From: Hamiltosporidium tvaerminnensis FI-OER-3-3
Taxonomy: Eukaryota > Fungi > Microsporidia
Direction: 5' to 3'
NCBI GenBank assembly: GCA_022605425.2
Contig: CM061246.1
Coordinates: 992,001 to 1,056,000 of the forward strand
DNA: 64,000 bases
In this document: positions 54,400-64,000 of the stretch, in pieces
How positions within the stretch are numbered: position 1 is the first letter of the stretch
Layout of the letters: every line of letters starts with the position of its first letter
Notes under the pieces: generated by a model
What the model saw: the letters and a program-made list of their open reading frames with translations, nothing else
Databases searched by the model: none
What the model was told of the DNA's origin: nothing
Position numbers and translations under genes: made by a program

Positions 54400-56141
54400 A
54401 TGAAGCATCGTTTCAACGAAAGTTGTGATAGAATGTGCTTATCCAAAGGTCAGAATACACAAATTTTACAAAAAAGCAATATTTTGAGTAAATAGAAAAA
54501 GCTAAAACTTTTAAAAGCAAGTTATCATGGAAAAAACCCTAGGATTGTTAGCATTTACGCAAGTTTGTCATATTAAGTATATGCAAGAAAGAAAAGAAGA
54601 TTATCCATAGAAGAAGATAAAGAACAAATTAGGTTTTATGTACATCGGGAAGAGATATTTAATATTTTGCATGATGCAAATGTTTGATTGGGCACGGGGG
54701 TAAAAATCGTAAGAAAAGGAGATTAATTCAAAGCATAAAAATATCATAAGTTAAATGATCATAGACTATCTAAATTTATTTTCTTCGTTCGAAAAAAAAC
54801 ATAATGTTCAAAAAAAGGATTAGTTGTGATACCTATACTCAGTAAAAAAACATGATTCGAGATGTAAAGTCGATTTGATTGACATACACTCTCAATCTGA
54901 TGATCTATATAAATTTATACTTGTTTACCAAGACCATTTAAATAAATTTATTTCACTTCACGCTCAATAATAAAAGTGCAGAAGAAGGAAGATTCTTATG
55001 TCTTTTTGAATATTTTTACTATTTTTGTGCGCCTAGTATTTTGAAAGGTGATAATGGTAGGGAATCTGAAAACAATACCATTAAAAAGCCATGTAACATG
55101 TAACCAGTGTGTGAGATGACACATGAAAATTTAAAACACTCTCAAAGTCAATATTCTGTAAAAAGGGGAATCAGGATGTAAACAACATGCTTGTTCGTTG
55201 CTTAAAACAATAACAGCAGGGAATGAATGGAGGGTTTACACTTTGCTCAGATTATATAAAATAGAGAACATTATAGTGGAATAAACTGTACACCGTATGA
55301 AGAAATGTTTGTAACTAAGTTAAAAGTTGGTCTCAAAAGTTTTTCAACTAAAAATGTTCTTCTGAATATAAATTGTGAAGTAGACTTAGAAATATTATTG
55401 AAATATCAAGACAATTTAAAATCTGTGAACGAGGGTATTCTACAAATTAAGCTAGCCGATATAACAACTTATTAAAATAATAATTAGGAAGTATTCATGT
55501 TTGATTGCTATGATCAATCCTCCACTAGTTTATTTATAGTAAGTTTTACTTTCAATGACATAGAAAGAGAAATAAATATTTTTGTTCTATTCGATTTAAA
55601 GCCTTTGATCATGGAAAAAAACTAATACAGGTTATGATGGGTGTTGGTGAATTTTATTTAAAAAAAATGAAATCCGAAATATTGAAAAACAGGGAGATTC
55701 TGGCAATAAATCGAAACTAACAAGAATAAAAAATACGTTTATTCTCTAATTCAAAATACCCTGTTGCAAATAAATGTGATATAATAAGAGTTGGAGTTCG
55801 GGATGTTGACAGAGATTGCACTCATACAAAATCATTCTGGCATTGTTCTTTAATAAAAAAATGATAATCTATATACATTGGGCACGAAAAATGAAATCCT
55901 AAATCAACTTTAGTGAGAAATCAGTTTACAATATGCAAAGGAAAGTTTATACGCGCTGAAGAAATCCCTAAGTTTAATATTTTATCAAATGAAATATGCA
56001 AGAATATCAAACCACAACAAATGACATGATTTTGATCGATGTGGCTGCAAACCTCGAGCACATCTTACAAATACAAGTTTAGTAAAGAAAAAAATCTTTT
56101 TAACTTGAAATGTCACCAAAGGGAAGCTGCTTTAATAAATA
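54400..56141 (+). pseudogene. Decayed KRBA2/SCAND3-like (Ginger) integrase
   Basis: IRFYVHREEIFNILHD..GHGGKNR, SRCKVDLIDIHSQSDDLYKFILVYQDHL, APSILKGDNGRE and a Cys-rich C-terminal remnant. Confidence 0.82.
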
Positions 56142-56434
56142 AAAATGCTTGGATTTGAGATATTTTATAGATTTACATGTTTTTTCGTTATAAGTAACGT
56201 TTCTTTATAATTTTTTTTACTTTAGTAATATTTTCTCTTGTTTTTATATTCCATTACAAATTTATAAAAAAATTCTCAAATTTCCCGTAACATCTCCAGA
56301 AATCAACAATAGAGATAAACTTAGGCTAATTATATTAAAAAAACAATTAAAATATTTATTTTTCAAATTTAATTCCAAAATATAAACTTTAAAATGAAAA
56401 TTAATATTTTGTCGAACAATTTTTTTTACTTATT

Positions 56435-56887
56435 TTATATTTTTCTATTATCTAAACACAACCTATAAGCATCGTTAAGATTCAGATAGTAATTTTCAAT
56501 AAACATAACCTTTCTACATCCAATTTTCTCATAAAAATTTAACGAAATATAATTTACAGCTTCTGTCTCTAAATATATCAAATAAATACCATTTTCTTTA
56601 AAATTATTTACAGCCATTTGAGTTAAACACTTACCGATTCCAACTCTTCTATATTTTTTATCAACTGCCAACATACCCATATATCCAGATTCATCATTCT
56701 CAAGTTTGCAAATGATAGCGCCAACAATTTTGTTATCACTGTAGGCAACAAAACAAAATTTTCGGTATTTAATATAAAAACTTACAAATGTGAAATAACT
56801 ATAAGGTTCAGAAAGTGTCTCACAAAAAAGCATATAAATTTGTTTTAAATCCATATAATTTGTTAAAGAAGAGTAAGTTACATCCAT
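56435..56887 (-). CDS. MAK3: N-alpha-acetyltransferase 30, duplicate copy with F124C
   Basis: Protein identical to 39032-39484 except YEKIGF>YEKIGC. Confidence 0.88.
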   Translation of the reverse strand: MDVTYSSLTNYMDLKQIYMLFCETLSEPYSYFTFVSFYIKYRKFCFVAYSDNKIVGAIICKLENDESGYMGMLAVDKKYRRVGIGKCLTQMAVNNFKENGIYLIYLETEAVNYISLNFYEKIGCRKVMFIENYYLNLNDAYRLCLDNRKI

Positions 56888-57393
56888 AGGGTAAATTATT
56901 TTGAAATAATATTTAATTGATTCTAGAAATTCAAACTAGTTTCAACAAAATAGTAGAAAAGTAAATATTTACGAAAAAGCCCTTTTAACTTTATTTATAT
57001 TTTTAATTTCTCTTCACAAAAACAAAATAATATATTAAAATAGAAGCTTTCTCGGATCAAAATATAGTTTGTTCTGTTTGAAAATCCATTAAAAAATTTC
57101 CTTAAATGTAAAATATTTTTAAAATCATTAAATCAACGTTACAGATGGATATATCAGTATTTCGATTAAAAAAAATATAAAATTTAAAATATTTTTAAAA
57201 TCATTAAATCCACGTTACAGATTCCTAAAACAGTATTAAATTTATTAAAAAATTTAAGAAATTTAAAAAAGTTAAAATGTAAATTGTTTCTAAAATCATT
57301 AAATCTACATTAAATGATAACAAATCAGTATTTTATAATAAAAATACACTTATAATTTTAAATAAATAAATAATAAGAATTCGAAAAATATTT

Positions 57394-57915
57394 TCATTTA
57401 CGATCATTAATATCAATTATATGATCTAAATAATCCAGAAAATAATATATCTTTATCCTTAAAGTATCAATATAGATATATCCTTGATTTAAAATTTTAG
57501 GAAAATCTATATTGTCCTCGAATTCTATAAAAATATAAAAAATATTTTGAGTTGTATTTTGTTTACTAAAAAAAATAATTTTCTTTTTGAAATATTTTTC
57601 TAGTATTTCAATTTCAATATCTTTCATAGAATAAAGTACAAGTGTGCTACATTCTTTGTCGATATTATAAGTAGATCTCACTTGGTTGATTTCTTCGAAA
57701 ACAATTTTAACTTCTATTTTTTGAATCAAAATCGTATTAGTTAGCAATTCTGCTAAATAGATTTCGGAAATATTTTTATATAAAAAAATGTATTCCGTTT
57801 GGTTTTTTGAAGATAAAAAATATTTTCTGTAATAAATTTTTGTATTCATCTTAAATATTTCTATGATTCTAAAATGATTAATAATTTTATCGATATTTCT
57901 TACCTTTATGTACAT
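57394..57915 (-). CDS. Duplicate of the 173-aa RRM-like hypothetical protein
   Basis: Protein identical to 38004-38525. Confidence 0.6.
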   Translation of the reverse strand: MYIKVRNIDKIINHFRIIEIFKMNTKIYYRKYFLSSKNQTEYIFLYKNISEIYLAELLTNTILIQKIEVKIVFEEINQVRSTYNIDKECSTLVLYSMKDIEIEILEKYFKKKIIFFSKQNTTQNIFYIFIEFEDNIDFPKILNQGYIYIDTLRIKIYYFLDYLDHIIDINDRK

Positions 57916-58795
57916 TGATGAAAAAAATGTGGGTTGTGATTGATTGATTTATGAAATAAAAATCCGATTTTTATTTCTGAATATTTAAATACATTTTTTT
58001 AGTAGAAAAATGAAGTTTTTTGGCCATTAAGTAAGAATTTTCGTTTATTGCGTGATAAAAAAACTGCGGTATTTTCCCAAGAAAGATCTAAATATTTGTT
58101 TGCAATCAAAAAAACGTCATTATAAATCTTACTATAACCTTAAAAAGCTTACGGATATCTTTTTTAGACAATTTATACAACAAATCTAAAATTTTCATCT
58201 TAAGAACACAGAGATTTATCTTTTTTACGTATTCATTGTCATAAAATAATGTAAAGATATAAAAAAACAAAATATTAAAAAAATTCAACTTAACTCTGAA
58301 TAATAATTCTAAAGAAGCAAATATAGGCCATAATAAACCCTTTTCTTCTGAATTATACAGAAATTCAAAGCCTGAATGATATTTACTAAGAAATTAATAT
58401 TTTTTAATGTTGTATTGAATCTTCGTGATATGCTTGAATATGAAATTTGAACAAATTAAAAGACTCAAATTTTTTTAAAATACCATTTAACAAAATTTAT
58501 TGGTTTTTTACTATAATATTAATAAAGAAATAATTTTAAATTTGCTATCCATTCTTTAAAGTTATTGTATTTTGGAACAAAAACCAAAGCTCATAAAAAA
58601 CGATATAAATTCTATTGTGATTATTATAAATAAGCAGTAAAGTTATATTTAAATAAAAATCAGAAGCAAAAGTTTTGTATTAAAAATAAATAAAATTTAT
58701 TTTTTAGAATTTACAATCAAAATCAAAACGAAATGGTTTTTTGTTCAAACAATTAAAATAATTAATATATTAAGAATATGAATATGAAATAAATT

Positions 58796-61700
58796 ATGGG
58801 TAGAAAGAAAAATGTTAGCAGCGAAATATCGAATAATACCAAAATAAAGGCTGCAAACGACGCTGATGAGGTGAAAAAGAGTGATAGTGAGATACAAAAA
58901 TGTAAGCTACACCCACCGGCGATTCCCCTACCTTCCTCCTCCTACACAACAATAACACCTCCACCACCAAGCCAAACATGCAGTAAAATGCAAAATAGTG
59001 GGCTTGACACCTTACCTTCGCCTAATGCACCAGTTCCCTCTTCGGTTGAAGTCTCTGCGTGCGAGCCATCGTACGACATGACAAGCCCCTGTACTCTAGC
59101 TATTCCGGAAGGTAACAGGCTAATGGCATTGCGGACGATATTCGATTCCGTAACAGCCGACCCGAAGGAATGGCCTCGAATTGTTTTTTTTGCAGTACAG
59201 ACAAGGTTTGAAAGAATGCCAAGAAATGGCTGGACAGAGCTTCACAGGTACTATAATGAGAAATTCGGCTGCACTGAAACTCTCGAAGTGTTAAAAAAAT
59301 TGGCACAAAGTGAGATGGGAAAGGATGTAAAATCAGAAGAGAATGGAGAGCGACGTAGAATCGCCACTTGTCTCGCTGATACATGCACCTTGACCGACAC
59401 CACGGAGTACATAAACCTGAGAGATAAATTCTTGAGTAAAATCAAAGAAATATCTGAGAACGAAATTGGAAAAGTAGTGGTCCGAACTAGAAAACATCCA
59501 AATGAATTGGTTGATAGTAAAGTTCTGGATCTCATTAATCGAGTAGTCGGTGAATATGCAGGAGCTCATGTACCTGAGTCAATTACGGAAGCCGCGTATA
59601 TCATGCAAGCTGCGCAGGTATGCTATGACGAGGCAACACGCAAAGAAAAGCCTAGATCCGCTTGGAAGGAAAACATAGAAAGTAAAATTTCTAAGTTAGT
59701 ACTTTCCAAAGATCTCCTCGAGAAGGCTCGTAAGCAGGAAAAGCTCTCCACTTCGGAAACGAAGAGCCTTAAGAAAATCATGCGAGAGTTTAATTTAAAC
59801 TTGAGCAGCGTAACTGATCTTTCTGAGGCTTTAGTTAAGAAGAATGAGTCTTTGAATGTTTACGAGAAAAAAATTACGATGCATGAAAGTAGGAAGCAAT
59901 TCCGAAAAGAGAATCGTATGTTTGAGCTTTTCCGAGGTCGATTTTATCGTGGGTTATCTGAGCGTGTGGAATCCGAGCATGTGGTTAGTCGTGATGAAAT
60001 TGTGAGTTTTTGGTCTACAATGTGGAACAAAAATGATGACACAGTCACGTACGATGATTATTTGATTCCATTTGTATCAGATAATCATCCGACCACGTTT
60101 CCTTCACTTGATGAATTTGTAAATATCATTAATTGGCTTCCCAATTGGAAAGCTGCTGGAATTGATGGTATTTACAATTTTTTCATTAAGAAACTTACAA
60201 CTCTTCACAAATATATTTATGATATTGTGAAAGTTATATGTTTAGAAGGAACAACTCAAGCTGATTGGTTTTACTGCGGGCTTACGTATTTGATACCGAA
60301 AGGAATTCCACGAAGAGGCTCTGACTACAGGCCAATCACTTGTATGTCCAACCTCTATAAGTTAACGACAAAGTGTGTGACGAAAGTCGTTCAAATTGAA
60401 GTGGAAAGGCGAGGGTTGCTTGCAGAGAACCAATTAGGGGCGGTAAGAGGTGTGCAGGGAGCGAAAGAGCAGGCTCTACTGAATATTGCCTTAAATAAAG
60501 AGTATGGAAATAATCTTAAGGCAACATCGATTGATGTTAAAAAAGCTTATGACTCAATAGATTATGCTTATTTAACTCAATGCATTGAAAACCTTAATCT
60601 ACCTGATTGGATCCTGAAATTTATTAAGGTAATTATATCAAAATGGAAAATTGATATATCAGTAGGGCCTGAAAAAATCATGAGCAAGAAGATTGATAGA
60701 GGGATCCTGCAAGGAGATAGTTTGTCACCATTGTTGTTTGTGTTGTGTATGGATCCATTAAGCCGAAAGCTTAATGAAAAATACACAAAAGTGACAGTAC
60801 AAACAGATGCAGAATCCCATTCTACTAATCATCTCTTGTTTATTGATGATCTTAAGCTCCTTGCAAAAGACAGCTCCACATTGAGTGCTATGACAGGCGA
60901 GGCAAAGGAATTTTTAGAGGTGATTGGCTTAGAGATTAACAAAGAGAAGTCAGCCACAAATGATACGTGTTGTGAAGATACTGCTACTCTTCTAGAAGGT
61001 GTTAGTGTTTACAAATATTTAGGAATAATAGAAGATAGCAGAGGAATCCCAACACGTAGCTCATTTGAAGAAGTACAGAGCAAACTTATATCAAGAGTTG
61101 AAAGACTTTGTCACACAAGATTAAATGCAAAAAATTTATTTTCTGCAATCAATCAACATGCGATATCGTTAATCAACTACCAAATAGGAGTACTTCGACT
61201 TGAACCGGCGTACTTCTCTAAGTTAGATGATGCAGTGCGTGCGGTGTTGGTGAAGAATAAGATACATCTCCGCCCAGGATGTAAAGAGCGTTTATACCTT
61301 CCTAGAACAGAACTTGGAAGAGCCTTACATAGTGTTGAGTTGCGAAGCGAACATATGCTTCTGCAACTCTTGGATTGTCTGGAAAAAAGTAAAGAAATAT
61401 CAACTAGACGAGCAGCAATCCTCAAGGTGGAGAATAATAATAAAACCCATCTTGCACTAATAAAAGGCTTCTTAAAAGTAAAGTACAGGTTGGTAGAAGA
61501 AGTCACTAAGAAAAGGTTAGAAGAAGCTCAACTTGCAAAACTATATAACGAAATAGAAAAACGAAAACTCCATATAAAGTTATATAATGCAAGAAAAAAT
61601 GAGCTTGTGAGTGTTAGTGACTCTTCAAGATGGCTAAAGAGAGGAAATATTAGGCCACGAAATGAAGCTGTGTTCTGCTATATCCAGGATAGAAATGTAT

Positions 61701-62598
61701 TCCGGGGAGCAGATGGTGTGTGTCAACATTGCGGGAAGTCTGGTAAGACTGTAGATTATCTAGCAGCTCGATGTGAAAAAATGCTAGGCCATGATTAATA
61801 GACGGCATAATGAAGTGGTTAGATGCCTACACCTTCTCCTTCTAAATAGATATAAGTTTAAGTCTTCAAAACGAATTAGGAGTCACTCAGTTCAAGAAAT
61901 TCTTGATAATGAGTATGCAGAGATAAGAGTGGACACCAGAATTAAAACTGATGTTAAAATTCGGAATAACAGACCGGACATATTTATTTTAGATAAGAAG
62001 AAGAATAAGATAACACTCATTGAAGTAGGAATCACTTCCCAAGATTCACTTCAAATAGTTGAAACTGAAAAACTTAGGAAGTATGACCTGTTAGCCAATG
62101 AGTTGGGTCTTATTTATAAGTGTAGTGTTGAGATAATCCCTTATGTGATGACCTGGGACGGTATTGTGACAAAATACCATAAATCTCATCTTAAAAGACT
62201 AGAAATACCCATGAATGTAGAAGCATACATTCAGTCTATAGTGCTTAAGCAGACAGTCGAAACAATTTCCTTTGATCGACGAAGAGGACTTGAATCAGAA
62301 CTAAATGCCGAAGAGAGCTGGGAGAGAGCGTCAAAGGGTGTTATTATGAGATCAGAGGTGCATGAGGAACCAACACCCCCTTTAAAAGTAGAGAAGAGAG
62401 AGGAAGATGGTGAAAAAAAAAATTTAAACCAAAAAATAAAGCACCCCTTATTTCACAAGGAGGAACCACTTTAGAGGAACCGACCAATAACATAAATGAA
62501 GAGTCGGATTTAGAAGAAGAGACAATAGTGGTTAAAGAGGTAGAAGAAAACATATAAAAATGGTAAAAATGTTTTAACCCAGAATTTTATTAAATAAA
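58796..62598 (+). mobile_element. Full-length RLE LINE with frameshifts (copy B)
   Basis: 1000-aa ORF with RT (FIDD), net 2-nt deletion at ~61795, endonuclease in the next frame, second frameshift in the A-run at ~62415. 3' end TTAACCCAGAATTTTATTAAATAAA. Confidence 0.95.
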
Positions 62599-62624
62599 AT
62601 ATGTTTCTAATAATATTTTTATAA

Positions 62625-63991
62625 TTTATTTAATAAAATTCTGGGTTAACAAATTTTCTCTCGTTTAACTAATTTCTTCCATCACTTTAACCACTTTATT
62701 CTCTTTTTCTACATCCGACTTATCATTAATGTCTATCGTCGGTTCCTCTGGTCTGGTTACGTCATCTAAAATAAGGGGTAAAATATTTTTTGAATTTACT
62801 TGTTTAACACTATCTTCCTCGTTCTTCACTTCTTTTAAGGGGGGTGTTGGCTGTTTATGCATCTCAGCTCCTATAATAACACTTAATGACGCTCTCTCCC
62901 AGCTCTCTTCGGCACTTGGTCCCGACTCAATTCCTCTTCGTCGATCGAAGGAAATCATTTCGACTGTTTTCTTAAGTACTATGGACTGAATGTATGCCTC
63001 TACATTTATGGGTATTTGTAATCTTTTAAGATAAGTCTTATGGTATTTTGTCACAATACCGTCCCATGTTATCACATAAGGAATTATCTCTACACTACAT
63101 TTGTAAATAAGGCCTAACTCATTTGCTAATAGGTCATACTTCCTAAGTTTTTCTGTTTCAACTATTTGAAGAGAGTCTTGGGATGTGATTCCTACTTCAA
63201 TGAGGGTTATCCTATTCTGTCTCTTGTCTAAAATAAATATATCTGGTCTGTTACACCGGATCTTGACATCAGTTTTTATTCTGGTGTCCACTCTTATCTC
63301 TGCATATTCGTTATCAAGAATTTCTTGAACTGAGTGGCTTCTAATTCGTTTCGAAGACTTAAACTTATATTTATTCAGCAAGAGTAAATGTATACATCGT
63401 ACCACTTCATTATGTCGTCTAGTATAGTCATGACCAAGCATTTTTTCACATTTCGTTGCTAGGTGATCAACAGTTTTCCTAGACTGGTTGCAGTGTTGAC
63501 ACATACCTTCTGCACCCCAGAATACATTTCTATCCTGGATATAACAGAACACTGCTTCATCACGTGGTCTTACACTTCCTTTCTTTAACCATCTTGAGGA
63601 GTCATTTACACTTACCAGCTCGTTATTTCTAGCGCTATATAACTTTGAATGTAGTTTTCGATTTTTGATTTCGTTATATAGGTTAGCTAGTTGAGCTTCT
63701 TCCAATTTCTTTTTTGTGACTTCCTCTTCAAACCCGTATTATATTTTTAAAAAGTTTTTAATTAGTGCAAGATGGGTTTTATTATCCTTCTCCACCTTAA
63801 AGATTGCTGCTCGTCTAGTTGATGTATCTTTATGTTTTTCCAGACAATCCAAGAGTTGCAAAAGCATATGTTCGCTTTTGAACTCGACACTATGTAAACC
63901 TCTTCCAAGTTCTTTACGTGGAAGGTATAGACGTTCTTTGCATCCTGGGCGTAGATGTATTTTGTTCTTTACTAAAACTGCACGTACTGCG
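62625..63991 (-). mobile_element. 5'-truncated RLE LINE of a diverged subfamily (copy D), tail-to-tail with B
   Basis: Intact CQHC..H..C knuckle and RLE, many synonymous differences from A/B. Probable TSD TAATATTTT.. at 62611-62624 and 63992-64000. Confidence 0.9.
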
Positions 63992-64000
63992 TAATATTTT

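Overview
AT-rich, gene-sparse eukaryotic DNA. It looks microsporidian (CCC motifs just before several ATGs, short divergent genes); Hamiltosporidium-like is an inference. Recognisable host genes are THO2, RNase H2 catalytic subunit (its start lies behind an A11 frameshift), Mak3/Naa30 (two copies), an RRM-like gene (two copies), a PDCD5-like gene and several hypotheticals. Much of the rest is mobile DNA: six copies or fragments of a single-ORF non-LTR retrotransposon (RT + CCHC + restriction-like endonuclease, R4/Dong-like), a decayed hAT transposase and three decayed Ginger/KRBA2-like integrases. The most novel feature is a ~730-nt GC-rich, apparently non-coding element with many potential helices. 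It occurs in four copies plus a related head fragment. One copy has a 12-14 bp target-site duplication, with the matching empty site in the same window, so it appears to be a SINE-like mobile structured RNA ending in the same TTAAATAAA as the LINEs. The LINEs start almost exactly at their ATG. Region 30.8-62.6 kb can be reconstructed as a ~13 kb tandem duplication followed by an inversion between two head-to-head LINEs, supported by a split TSD and a haplotype switch mapping to ~55 bp. An assembly or haplotype artefact cannot be excluded from sequence alone.
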